This document shows, piece by piece, positions 17,952 to 27,448 of a stretch of DNA of 64,000 bases. The DNA is from an uncultured virus (IMG/VR IMGVR_UViG_3300032160_000002). Taxonomy: Duplodnaviria; Heunggongvirae; Uroviricota; Caudoviricetes. How positions within the stretch are numbered: the first letter of the stretch is position 1; each line of letters opens with the position of its first letter. The stretch lies in the IMG/VR virus record IMGVR_UViG_3300032160_000002; one strand, written 5' to 3'. The position numbers and the translations under genes were made by a program. The notes beneath the pieces were generated by a model, which made no database searches, was not told the origin of the DNA, and saw only the letters and a program-made list of their open reading frames with translations.

Positions 17952-18212
17952 ATGGCGAAAAACCATACAGAGCCGCAGGTTCACGTCGACGAAGATGCCG
18001 CCTGCGGGAATTGCGACGGAAGCGGCTGGATGATCTGGTACACCCACATCCTCGACATGAAGCGGAGCGGAGCTTTCCCGGTCGCGATGTTCGTCGCCTG
18101 CGCGGATTGCAACGATGACGCCACGAAGCCATACCCAGCGCCATGGCCGGTTTGTGTGCTCTGTGAGCAGCAAACGCTGTTCTGCCAGTGCGGTCCGATC
18201 CTGATCAACTGA
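17952..18212 (+). CDS. Cys-rich hypothetical protein
   Basis: CGNCDGSG, CADC, CVLC, CQC. Confidence 0.7.
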   Translation: MAKNHTEPQVHVDEDAACGNCDGSGWMIWYTHILDMKRSGAFPVAMFVACADCNDDATKPYPAPWPVCVLCEQQTLFCQCGPILIN

Positions 18213-18213
18213 G

Positions 18214-18414
18214 ATGCCTCAATTTCTCGAAAACGCTCTTCGCCACGCGGCCAGCAAAAAGGGTCTCGCCGGCAAAGACGCCGACTCCTATGTCTATGGC
18301 GCGATGAACAACATGGGCGCGATGCACGGCAACAAGGAAACAGCCAAAGGCGCAGAAATGGAAGAAAAGCACACCGCAGCCATGCGCAACGCCATGAAGC
18401 GAAGGAGAAGCTAG
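18214..18414 (+). CDS. small basic phage protein
   Basis: MPQFLENALRHAASKKGL...YVYGAMN. Confidence 0.7.
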   Translation: MPQFLENALRHAASKKGLAGKDADSYVYGAMNNMGAMHGNKETAKGAEMEEKHTAAMRNAMKRRRS

Positions 18415-18594
18415 ATGAAGAAGAAAATTGACGCAGCTTTCGACAGCGGGAAGAAGGCTCAAGCCAAGGGCGCGATGCGCGTCTCGCCATTCTATGAAGT
18501 GAAGGAAGTTATCGACGGCAGGCGCGTGGATGTCACTGATCAACTCGATCAGGCGTGGTTCGCCGGTTACGACGCGCTGCAGAAGTCCGCTTAA
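18415..18594 (+). CDS. Rmf/CrpP-like small protein (59 aa, below the track cutoff)
   Basis: MKKKIDAAFDSGKKAQAKGAMRVSPFY...DQAWFAGYDA; AAGGAG RBS. Confidence 0.65.
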   Translation: MKKKIDAAFDSGKKAQAKGAMRVSPFYEVKEVIDGRRVDVTDQLDQAWFAGYDALQKSA

Positions 18595-18603
18595 GGAGAA
18601 CTC

Positions 18604-18999
18604 ATGTCACCCAACACCGCAGGCGTCACCAACCTGGTCGATCCGCAAGTTCGTCTGATCGCCGTCAACGGCTCGGCAGGCGCGAAAGTGCTAATCTCCG
18701 CCTCCGTCCCAACCGGCTATGTCGAGATTCAGGAGTGGCCGCTGACTCCCAGTTCGCAATTGCAAGGTCTCTCGATTCAACGCTCGGACGAGAACTACGC
18801 GAACACTTACCCGCTTCCACCTGGTTCGATCTGGTCAATCGGCGACTCCATCCGGAAGAACCGCTGTGAAGGAATGCCTTCCTTCACCTATCCCGATGGT
18901 GTGGTGCGCCCCGCAACTCCGTGGATCGAAGTGATCTCTGCCACCGCTACCGCAACGCAAGTGATGGTGCGGGAGTGGCGGCAGCAGTACAACAACTGA
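18604..18999 (+). CDS. hypothetical (possibly structural) protein
   Basis: TAAGGAG RBS. Confidence 0.75.
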   Translation: MSPNTAGVTNLVDPQVRLIAVNGSAGAKVLISASVPTGYVEIQEWPLTPSSQLQGLSIQRSDENYANTYPLPPGSIWSIGDSIRKNRCEGMPSFTYPDGVVRPATPWIEVISATATATQVMVREWRQQYNN

Positions 19000-19077
19000 C
19001 ATTACCCGTGAAGATTTTACGGGCGTGTAAAGATTTGAGAGGGGTGTAAAGAATTTCGCACCAATGTCGGCAGAGCC

Positions 19078-19491
19078 ATGAAGTTCCAACTTCCATTCGT
19101 ATCTCGCGAGCGCTACGACGAGCGTGTTGCGGAGCTGGCAACCCTGCGATCGGAACTCGCCGCCGAACGCGATCGCAACCAGAAGCTGTGGAACTTCCTC
19201 AATTGGCGTACCGGCGGAGTCGCCTTTGACCCCATGATGCTCGCCGAACACTATCAGCCACGAAATACAGCAGCGCCGGCGAAAGCGGCGAATGCCGAGG
19301 CCCCGGAAGGACTACGAGGAGTACGCGCACCAGGTCAGGCACGGCGTGAGATCGCTCAATTTGAAGTGAAAGCGCAACAGGACTTCGAGAAAGCAACGCC
19401 TCGCCCCGCGCGGATCTCGAAAGAGCAAACTGAATTCCTGAGAGAACTCGACGACGCGGCCAACGAAGGGCAGAAGATGGCGGGAGATTGA
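19078..19491 (+). CDS. hypothetical protein upstream of portal
   Basis: Coiled-coil N-terminus; typical codons. Confidence 0.75.
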   Translation: MKFQLPFVSRERYDERVAELATLRSELAAERDRNQKLWNFLNWRTGGVAFDPMMLAEHYQPRNTAAPAKAANAEAPEGLRGVRAPGQARREIAQFEVKAQQDFEKATPRPARISKEQTEFLRELDDAANEGQKMAGD

Positions 19492-19514
19492 GAGACGTAC
19501 CGGAGGCTAACCCA

Positions 19515-19853
19515 ATGATGAACAAGAAAGACGTAAAGCGCGGACGGCTGCGCCGCGTGACCATCAAGCATATGTACAACGAGGATGGCAATCTGGCCGG
19601 CCACACCGTCACTGCGGAGCATGAGCCGGACATGGACGACATGAAAGGCAAGAGCGACGGTCCCTCCTACATGCCCTCGCCGCCCGACATCGAAACCCCT
19701 CACGAAACCTACGACTCCGCCGAAGCCAAAGCCCGCGAGCATCACACGGATAACATGGCACGGTTCGGCAAAGGCAAAGCAGCAGCAAAGAAAACTGCTA
19801 TGCCGCAGATGGACGAAGAGCCCATGCGGGCAGCGATCGGGCGCAAACGATAA
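19515..19853 (+). CDS. hypothetical protein
   Basis: GGAGG RBS before ATG 19515. Confidence 0.75.
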   Translation: MMNKKDVKRGRLRRVTIKHMYNEDGNLAGHTVTAEHEPDMDDMKGKSDGPSYMPSPPDIETPHETYDSAEAKAREHHTDNMARFGKGKAAAKKTAMPQMDEEPMRAAIGRKR

Positions 19854-19859
19854 CGTTTC

Positions 19860-22376
19860 ATGGGTAGCCTCTCTCTCAACCTCGAACAAACGGCGGAAGA
19901 CGCCTCTCAGCCGGTTCCCGGTCAACCCGGTCAAGGGAAAATCGACAAAGGCCCGGAGACTTCCCCAGCCACGCCGGCGCAAGGCACCGCGGACGATCGC
20001 AAGGCCGCATTCTTCAAAACCAACGACCTCGGCAAGATCAAAATCTTCGAATCGAACCTAAAGAAGTGCTGGAAAGACCATATCGAAGACTGGGCAGTGC
20101 AGCGCCGCGAAGTTCTCCGCCAGACTCTCCGTGCCCTCGAGTACCGCAACGGCAACCAGCATATCGGCTGGGACCCGCTCACCTGTAGCTACGTCGGCTA
20201 CAACGACATCATTCGCAGTTCGTCGTATAACGCCGGCACTGAACAAGGGAAAACCGATTACACTCCACAGAAGAACGCCAATATCATCGACTGGCTCTGC
20301 CGCGTCTGGTGCTCGACCTTGGGCGCTGCCATTCCCGGAGTCGAGTGGTGGCCGGGAGATTCCGACAGCGATCTAGACTCCCGTGCAGCCGTCGCCAGGG
20401 ATCGCGCCTACAACAAGATCGCCAGCGACAACCATGACAAAGACTTCCTGGAGCAGTGCCTGGAATTCTTATTCCTGACCGGTTCCTACTTTCGTTATGC
20501 ACGCTGGTCGATGGATCAGCAACTCACCGGCACCCACTACGAAGACATCCTCGGCTGGAAAGACCAGCAGATCACTCCGGATCGCTATCTCTGCCCGCAA
20601 TGCGGCCAAGCCACTCCCGTCGACCTGGCGCAACTGAGTCAGATGGGCAAGCCCATGAATTGCCCGCAGTGTGGCCGCCCCATGACATCCGCCAGCTTAT
20701 ACCCGGGCGCGAAGATGAAAATGCCCGTGGTCACGGGTCAACGCGAGGTGCCGAACGGCCAGGTCCGTTGGGACGTCTATCACGGCCTGAGCGTGCAGGT
20801 GATGCCGCAAGCCAATACCAACGGCGGCGGCGTGATCGCAAACACTCCTTTGCTCGAACTGCAGACCGACATTACGAAAGGCGCGTTCCGCCGCATGTAC
20901 CCATCGAGTTGGCAGTTGGCGGATAATTCGAGCTCGGATGCCTCGGCTCCGGACAGCGAACTCGCGCGGCTCGCCCGCATGCGCTCCACTTCCCCGGGGG
21001 GAATGCGCTGGACCAACAGCTTGCAGCGTACGCCAACCCTGCATCGCGTCTGGTTTACCCAGGATGCGATCGCCTCCATCGACAAACAGCAAGACGCCCA
21101 GGAACTCGGCGACCTGGTCGGAGAAGGCTGTGTAGGAGTGTTCTTCCAGGACAAGCTCATCGATATCCAGTCCGACATTCTGCGCAAGCATTGGAGCTGG
21201 TGCGGCGCGAAGAAAGGCTGCGGCGCCTATCCCGTGGCCCCGGTCAAGCTCGCTCTCGATTTCCAAGACCGGCTCAACGACCGCGTCGACGGTGCCGACG
21301 ATTACTTCGATCGCATTGGCTGCCCGCCGGTTCTCTACAACCAGACCATCATCGGCGAAGCCATGAACGGCAGCTATATGCCGCCCGGAACCATGGTGGG
21401 AGTCGCGGTGAACACGGACGTGGGACGAAGTATGAAAGATGCTTTCTTCCAGCCCGAGTTTCACCAGGACAACGCCATCTTCCAGTGGATCGAAGCGCTA
21501 TTGAAGTACGTGCAGCTTCTGGTGGGAGCGCTGCCCCAGACCTATGGTGGTTCGGACAAAGACATTCAGACCGCCAAAGGGCAGGAGCAAGCGCTCAAGA
21601 CTGCCATGGGCGTGCTGTGGCTCTACTGGAACCTGGTCCGCGCCGAGTGGGCATCGTCCGCCAACATCAGCGTCGACTGTTTCGCCGAGAACGCGACTGA
21701 TGACGAGTACCGCGTCACCAAGAGCGAAAGCTCTTCCGACTTTCAGAACGAACCCATCCGGCTCGCCGATCTCGACGGCAAAGCCGACGCACGGCCGGAA
21801 GCCAACCAGGATTACCCCATCGGCTACGAACAGGAGCGTCAGCTCTACAAAGAATTATTCCTCATGGCAAGCGGCAAAGAGCCGAACCCGCTGGTCATGG
21901 AAGTGCTTGACACGTTTGAGGCACGACGCCAAGCCATGCGTTACCTCGGGCCGCCAGACATGGAATTGCCGGAGACTGTCTTCCGCTACAAGGTGCTCGC
22001 CGACATCGATCAATTAATCAGCCAGCCGCCGATCCCCTCCGCCGCGCCCGATCCTCAGACCGGCCAACCTGTTCAGGTGATGAAGCCGCCGGTCGAACCC
22101 GACCCGGACTTCGACGACATGGATGTGACCATCGATACCGTAACCAGGTACGCCGTGAAGAATTTCAAGGAGTTACCCGTGGGAAGCCCGCCCTTTGTGA
22201 ATCTGAAGGGCTATCTCAAGCTGGCCGTGATGTACAAGGCGCAAAAGGCGATCGCCGGATCGGCTGGGCCGCAACTATTGACTGCAGGCGCGCCGGGATG
22301 GCAAGGCACGCTCGGTCACCCGGCCATGGCCAGCAAAGGGCAAGCGCCCGGAGCGCAGCCTGGAGCGGGCGCATGA
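19860..22376 (+). CDS. portal protein (P22-like) with inserted zinc ribbon
   Basis: Size and position before scaffold/capsid; EYRNGNQHIGWD...NIIDWLCRV pattern; Pro/Gln-rich tail. Confidence 0.75.
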   Translation: MGSLSLNLEQTAEDASQPVPGQPGQGKIDKGPETSPATPAQGTADDRKAAFFKTNDLGKIKIFESNLKKCWKDHIEDWAVQRREVLRQTLRALEYRNGNQHIGWDPLTCSYVGYNDIIRSSSYNAGTEQGKTDYTPQKNANIIDWLCRVWCSTLGAAIPGVEWWPGDSDSDLDSRAAVARDRAYNKIASDNHDKDFLEQCLEFLFLTGSYFRYARWSMDQQLTGTHYEDILGWKDQQITPDRYLCPQCGQATPVDLAQLSQMGKPMNCPQCGRPMTSASLYPGAKMKMPVVTGQREVPNGQVRWDVYHGLSVQVMPQANTNGGGVIANTPLLELQTDITKGAFRRMYPSSWQLADNSSSDASAPDSELARLARMRSTSPGGMRWTNSLQRTPTLHRVWFTQDAIASIDKQQDAQELGDLVGEGCVGVFFQDKLIDIQSDILRKHWSWCGAKKGCGAYPVAPVKLALDFQDRLNDRVDGADDYFDRIGCPPVLYNQTIIGEAMNGSYMPPGTMVGVAVNTDVGRSMKDAFFQPEFHQDNAIFQWIEALLKYVQLLVGALPQTYGGSDKDIQTAKGQEQALKTAMGVLWLYWNLVRAEWASSANISVDCFAENATDDEYRVTKSESSSDFQNEPIRLADLDGKADARPEANQDYPIGYEQERQLYKELFLMASGKEPNPLVMEVLDTFEARRQAMRYLGPPDMELPETVFRYKVLADIDQLISQPPIPSAAPDPQTGQPVQVMKPPVEPDPDFDDMDVTIDTVTRYAVKNFKELPVGSPPFVNLKGYLKLAVMYKAQKAIAGSAGPQLLTAGAPGWQGTLGHPAMASKGQAPGAQPGAGA

Positions 22377-22409
22377 GCGACAAATCGCATCGATTTTAAC
22401 GGCTGCGCG

Positions 22410-22685
22410 ATGACCCAATGGGGCCTCGATGTCAGCACAGAGATCCTGAAGCGCTGCGGCTCGGTTGATATCTGCGGAGTGCCAGGACGCGAAGGAAACT
22501 ACATCTTTAGCGATCAGGCGACACTCATCGATTGGGCGGCAAGGCTAATAGCCCCTCCGCCCATCGACGAAAGCAAACTCACACTGGCCGTTGCGCAGTG
22601 GAAGACAGACCGCCAAAGCGTAATTGCTACCATCGAGTCCTTTCTGAGCGACCGAAGTACAGGAATCTTTTCCGTTCACAAATAA
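22410..22685 (+). CDS. hypothetical protein
   Basis: 91-aa ORF between portal and scaffold; weak start context. Confidence 0.4.
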   Translation: MTQWGLDVSTEILKRCGSVDICGVPGREGNYIFSDQATLIDWAARLIAPPPIDESKLTLAVAQWKTDRQSVIATIESFLSDRSTGIFSVHK

Positions 22686-22760
22686 ATCATCAACACACTT
22701 TCACAGTTACACCCAATTCAACCCATCGCCGAGCCAGCGCGATGAGGAGGAGAACTATTT

Positions 22761-24383
22761 ATGGGAACACCAACGATTACACCTGAAGCCCCGGCGGCAG
22801 CAGTGACCACGCCGGAAACTCCAGCAGCCGCAACTACGCCTTCCACCCCTGCAGCACCATCGACGCCAGCAACTCCGTCAACCCCTGCAGCTACGACTCC
22901 AACCACTCCGCGCGATCCCGAACAGGCGCTGCGCGACGCCGTTGGCCGGACGATGGACAAGGTACCGGGCTATGAAGTCAGCAAGCCCGCCGCGGAAACC
23001 AAGACACCCGAGCAGCTCGCCGCCGAGAAAGCGGAAACCGATCGCAAGGCCGCCGAAGCTGCAGCCGCAACACAAACTCCAGAGCAGAAGGCCGCCGCTG
23101 ACAAGGCAGCAGCAGATAAGGCCGCAGCCGATGCTGCGAAAGCTGCGGAGACCAAGGCTGCGGAGAATCCCCTCGACAAGCTGGGACCACTTCCCACTGA
23201 AGTTCTCACCAAAGCGATCACCGAGAATCCCGCCCTCGCTGCCGAGCTTGAGAAATCCGGCCTCGACGTCGAAACTCTCACCGAAACCTGCCGCCAGGCC
23301 GCACTCTGCGACCAGTTGATTGAAGCGGGCGCAACCACCCCCGAAGTGGTGAAGTTCATGGGCGAAAGCGCTCAGCACTTCTACGACATCGAAGAAAGCT
23401 TTCCGCAGATCAAGAGCGTCGAAGACTTCGACAAGTTCGTGATGAATACAATGCTGCCGCTCTCCGCGCTTCGCGATCCGAAGTCCGGCGAGCCGCTGAT
23501 GAACCCAGACGGCAAGACCTTTCAAACCGATGGCTCGGTGGCCCGCTTCATGGACACCGCCGCGCAGTACGAAGCCATTGGCTCGGTCTCTGCCGCCGAT
23601 CGCCTGATCAATGAGTACTCGCGAATGCCCGCCGGCGACGAACGCGATCGCCTGGTCGGAGAAGCGCAGCGTATCCGCGAAGCCGTCATCCTCTCGCAGA
23701 ACTTCCGTGATGCGGGATACAAGCTGCCGGGAGAAAAGAAGGCAGCCACGGAACGATCGCCCGAAGATCAAGCCTTGCTCGATCGCGCTGCACAGACGGA
23801 ACGCGATGCGAACCAACGCACGGCAGAAGCCCGCAGGGTCGAGAACGAAGCCTACGAAGCCAGCGTCTTCACCGACGCAAGCACGGCTTCGTCCAACTTC
23901 ATCGTCGAGAACCTGAACCGCACCAGTCTGAGCGATACCGAGAAGAAGCTCATTGCCAAGGAAATCTCCGCCGAAGCCTGGGATGCGCTCGGGAAGAATC
24001 GCCACTTCCAGATGCAGAAAGAGAATCTGTACGCGCTCGGCAACACCCCAGAGAACAAGGCCGCGCTCGTCGCTCTCACCAAAAACACTTTCGAGACCAA
24101 GGCCGCATCAATCATGCGCACCAAGGTCGCAGAATACGGCGGGAAGCAAATCTCTCGCCAAGAAGCCAAGCAGAGGAAAATCGACACGCAGATCACCGCC
24201 GACAAGATGAACCAGGGCACCGGCACCACCCCGGCCGCGAAAACCGCGCCGGTGCTGACCAGCGCCCAGGTCCGCAGCCAGGCCATCGCAAATCTGAAGG
24301 CGAAAGGCAACACTTCGCCCGACGATGGCGAGATCCTCACGGAATCCTTGGCCATTCGCGGTCTTGCCGCACGCTCTGCGTGA
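22761..24383 (+). CDS. capsid scaffolding-like protein
   Basis: GAGGAGG RBS; Thr/Pro and Ala/Glu/Lys low-complexity N-terminus; helical; directly before the capsid gene. Confidence 0.7.
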   Translation: MGTPTITPEAPAAAVTTPETPAAATTPSTPAAPSTPATPSTPAATTPTTPRDPEQALRDAVGRTMDKVPGYEVSKPAAETKTPEQLAAEKAETDRKAAEAAAATQTPEQKAAADKAAADKAAADAAKAAETKAAENPLDKLGPLPTEVLTKAITENPALAAELEKSGLDVETLTETCRQAALCDQLIEAGATTPEVVKFMGESAQHFYDIEESFPQIKSVEDFDKFVMNTMLPLSALRDPKSGEPLMNPDGKTFQTDGSVARFMDTAAQYEAIGSVSAADRLINEYSRMPAGDERDRLVGEAQRIREAVILSQNFRDAGYKLPGEKKAATERSPEDQALLDRAAQTERDANQRTAEARRVENEAYEASVFTDASTASSNFIVENLNRTSLSDTEKKLIAKEISAEAWDALGKNRHFQMQKENLYALGNTPENKAALVALTKNTFETKAASIMRTKVAEYGGKQISRQEAKQRKIDTQITADKMNQGTGTTPAAKTAPVLTSAQVRSQAIANLKAKGNTSPDDGEILTESLAIRGLAARSA

Positions 24384-24461
24384 AACCCGTAACGTGCTTC
24401 GGGCTGCAAGCCTTGCCCGGCCTAGAAATCCACGAAACGTTTCGTGGACACAGGAAGTTCC

Positions 24462-25760
24462 ATGACACCGCCTACCGCTGATGTATCCAGTCTGATCAAT
24501 CTGACGCTTGAAGGAGTGTCGGATGTGATCAACGAAAACTTAATCACCTCCGATACGCTGATTTCGCAGTTCCGCAACGGGCGAGCCCAGCGGGTTTCAA
24601 ACCGTCTTTACCGCATCGTGCAACAGATCGCACTCGCCGGCGGCGACAGCCGTTCGGTCGCAGTCGACGGCGGCGCCCTGCCGCTCGGCAGCTTCTCGCA
24701 GTACATCGCGGGTGGCGTAACTCCAGTTTCGCTCTCAACGGCGATGAACTGGACCGAGCTTATGGCCCTCGTGGGGGTCAAGGTCGATGGCGTCGCAATT
24801 CAGAACGCGATCACCAAGGGACTCGGGGATCTCACCACGATGATGAAGAACTGGGAAGACATCGGGATGCACACCGATGGCACCGGAACGCTGGCCACCT
24901 TGTCGGCGGCTCCTCCCAGTGCCAACACCGTCAACCTCAGCGCCACGCCGTTTGGGGCGCGCAACATCGAAATCGGCCAGACCGTCGATATCGTCAACCC
25001 CACCGGCAACGTCACGCGCTGCTCGCTGACGGTTCTCAACAAAGGCGCATTGCTCGGCGCGCAGCAGTACTTCATCAGCCAGCAGAACGCACAGGTCGGC
25101 ACCACGGGCCAGGGCAACCCGGCAACATCGGACATCGTCCGCTACGGCGGACTGACCGACGGCGTGCCCAAGTGGCTGAACGGATTGCGCTACCTGATCA
25201 GCTACTCAGCCACGGGCGAGCTGCATGGCGTGCCGCGCTCGACTCCGCAGGTCGTTGCCAATGGCTTCGATATGGGCGGATCGGCGATCACGCGATCGGC
25301 GATTCAGTTGCTGTTGAGCCAGCGCCGCGCCCGGATCAAAGAGTCGGAAGTGGGAACCGACTTCTGGTACACCCATGATTCTCAGGTGAACAGCCTGAAG
25401 GAAATCGGGTACGACCTGGAGTACATCCCGCTCTCTGGCGGCGAGGCTGAAGGGTTCGATCCCTTCTTCCGCGGCGCACCGACGATCGAAGGCAAGCCGA
25501 TCAAATGGGGACAGCACTCCGACCAGCAAGCCTGGTATCTGGTCTGCCCGAAGGCAGTTGGGCGCGTGATGTTCAAAGAGCCCTACTTCCCGCTGGTGAA
25601 CGGAAGCAGGGTCTACAACACCTACAACAGCGGGGGCACCCCGAATTTACAGTACGCGAGTAGTTACCTCAACTTCGAACAATTCTTCACAGACCTAGCT
25701 CCAGCTCATGGAGTTATTACAGGCTGCGGAGTTCCTGCCGGGACACTTCAGGGCTTCTAG
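24462..25760 (+). CDS. major capsid protein
   Basis: About 432 aa after the scaffold; DGTGTLA and LNGLRYLI...LHGVPRST patterns; followed by a terminator. Confidence 0.75.
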   Translation: MTPPTADVSSLINLTLEGVSDVINENLITSDTLISQFRNGRAQRVSNRLYRIVQQIALAGGDSRSVAVDGGALPLGSFSQYIAGGVTPVSLSTAMNWTELMALVGVKVDGVAIQNAITKGLGDLTTMMKNWEDIGMHTDGTGTLATLSAAPPSANTVNLSATPFGARNIEIGQTVDIVNPTGNVTRCSLTVLNKGALLGAQQYFISQQNAQVGTTGQGNPATSDIVRYGGLTDGVPKWLNGLRYLISYSATGELHGVPRSTPQVVANGFDMGGSAITRSAIQLLLSQRRARIKESEVGTDFWYTHDSQVNSLKEIGYDLEYIPLSGGEAEGFDPFFRGAPTIEGKPIKWGQHSDQQAWYLVCPKAVGRVMFKEPYFPLVNGSRVYNTYNSGGTPNLQYASSYLNFEQFFTDLAPAHGVITGCGVPAGTLQGF

Positions 25761-25784
25761 TCTCTGACTCGTTCCGCTTCACGA

Positions 25785-25815
25785 GGCGGGGTCACCGCAT
25801 GGCCCCGCCGGTTTT
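25785..25815 (+). terminator. intrinsic terminator after capsid gene
   Basis: GGCGGGGTCA-loop-TGGCCCCGCC then GGTTTT. Confidence 0.7.
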
Positions 25816-25853
25816 CCTAAATATGGTAATTTCTCGACTTAGAAAATCTTTTT

Positions 25854-26702
25854 ATGCTTCCCACTCTTCTTCCTGAACGTCCTGACGTCTTACCCACGGG
25901 CGTCGCACCGAAACACATTCGCAAATGGCTGCGCTCGACCGGCGGCGTCAACCCGTGGGGCGAAAACCGATATCGGCTGATCCTCGCGCAATCGATTGTG
26001 GTCCACTGCGGCGCACGCTGGCATGACTGGGACGCGAACACCCCGCTTGAAGATCAGGGCGGACTCGAATTCTCTCCGGAGACGCGCAAGTCGACGATGG
26101 TCATGCGCGATCCCACCGATCACACGAAGACGATCGCCGTCGAAGCTGAAGTACCGCGCGCCGTGCAGGTCAAGAAAACTGCGCCCACGCGCATCGTGGA
26201 AGAGATGCGCTGGATCCAGCGCTACCCGAACGATGAAGGCTGGATGCTGCAGGTCTGGTATCCCGCGAGCTATTACAGCCACGAACACTATGAAGTCACC
26301 GTAGCAGGGCGGCCCGATCTGCCGTTGCTGGGCGAATTCCCCGCCCATGGGCAGTACGAGCGGCAATTCTTCTATCTCGATGACAAAGGCGAGAAGCACG
26401 AAACCTTTCCCAAGATGCCGGGACAGTCGTGGATGGAACGCGCCATCCAACATCACGAATCGAGTCTGGCCAAGAAAGCGAATGAGTCACCGAACGTAGA
26501 GTGGCGGATGCTGAAGACGCTCGGCGAGATGAAGGCGGCACGCGATTTCTACGCGAAGCAGGCGCGCGCGGAATTCGATGCGCAGATCAAAGACAAGATC
26601 TCGCCAATCTTCTCGAATTCGCTCGAAGGCGGACGCTATCGCGAGCAGTTAGCCAAACAGGCGCGGGAGAAAGGCGTGGTCATCGGGCATGTTGGGAACT
26701 AG
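25854..26702 (+). CDS. hypothetical phage protein
   Basis: 282-aa ORF with typical codons. Confidence 0.8.
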   Translation: MLPTLLPERPDVLPTGVAPKHIRKWLRSTGGVNPWGENRYRLILAQSIVVHCGARWHDWDANTPLEDQGGLEFSPETRKSTMVMRDPTDHTKTIAVEAEVPRAVQVKKTAPTRIVEEMRWIQRYPNDEGWMLQVWYPASYYSHEHYEVTVAGRPDLPLLGEFPAHGQYERQFFYLDDKGEKHETFPKMPGQSWMERAIQHHESSLAKKANESPNVEWRMLKTLGEMKAARDFYAKQARAEFDAQIKDKISPIFSNSLEGGRYREQLAKQAREKGVVIGHVGN

Positions 26703-27077
26703 GACTGGCGGACGCTTTGGATCGAGGTATGCGCACTCTCTCAGTGGAATGCCGGCGAGTGGCCACGTAACCGGGATGCAACCTAGCGATGGTGGCGCTT
26801 CCACTAGCCGCATTTCGTAGCCGCCGACGAACCCAAGTTGTTTGAACGCGGCCAGTTGCTCGGGGTGCATGTAGATCGTGTCCTGTGTAACCGTGCCGAG
26901 TCTGCGCTTCATCTGTTCTATGAGTTTCCGCATCGCTTCGAGGGTCAAGACACTGGTTGCGACTTGCGGTACAACGATCTCTTTCGGGAAGCTGAACACC
27001 CGGAACGGATAGGTTCGAACGGCTGCAGCGGCGGCGACACCGCCAACCATTAATTTGAGAAAGCCACGGCGTTCCAT
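26649..27077 (-). CDS. protein with twin-arginine-like N-terminus, antisense to the late operon
   Basis: MERRGFLKLMVGGVAAAAAV; fills a gap in plus-strand coding. Confidence 0.65.
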   Translation of the reverse strand: MERRGFLKLMVGGVAAAAAVRTYPFRVFSFPKEIVVPQVATSVLTLEAMRKLIEQMKRRLGTVTQDTIYMHPEQLAAFKQLGFVGGYEMRLVEAPPSLGCIPVTWPLAGIPLRECAYLDPKRPPVLVPNMPDDHAFLPRLFG

Positions 27078-27109
27078 GGCAGAGAGTTTATCACCGGCGC
27101 TTTAATTCC

Positions 27110-27421
27110 ATGACCTTACTGGCAGTCCGAACCTACACGCTTACTGCAGGAACCTGGACTCCGATCATGCTCTCCGGGCGGGTTTCAAAAGCCTGGCTCA
27201 CGTTTAACGGCGACATCGTAATCGGCAGCAGCACCACGGACCCAACCCAGCAGCAGACTTTAAGTTTCGCCCAAGGCAATGAATTCATGATGGACCTTCC
27301 AGGAGAGGTGCAGTTAGGCGACGCCCCAGGAACCGTTCTGTGTTACGCCACTGCCGTGAGTGGCACGGTCACCTGCACCGTATATGGTTTGGACAGGCCG
27401 ATGGTTCCAATCCCTTTGTAG
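27110..27421 (+). CDS. small beta-rich structural protein (putative)
   Basis: 103-aa T/G/V-rich ORF in the morphogenesis block. Confidence 0.7.
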   Translation: MTLLAVRTYTLTAGTWTPIMLSGRVSKAWLTFNGDIVIGSSTTDPTQQQTLSFAQGNEFMMDLPGEVQLGDAPGTVLCYATAVSGTVTCTVYGLDRPMVPIPL

Positions 27422-27448
27422 GAACCGAGAGAAAAAGGAGAGAGTTCT

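Noticed and set aside
22790..23165. Repeat array in the scaffold gene
   Set aside because: Ordinary low-complexity TP and AEK/ADK coding repeats, not CRISPR
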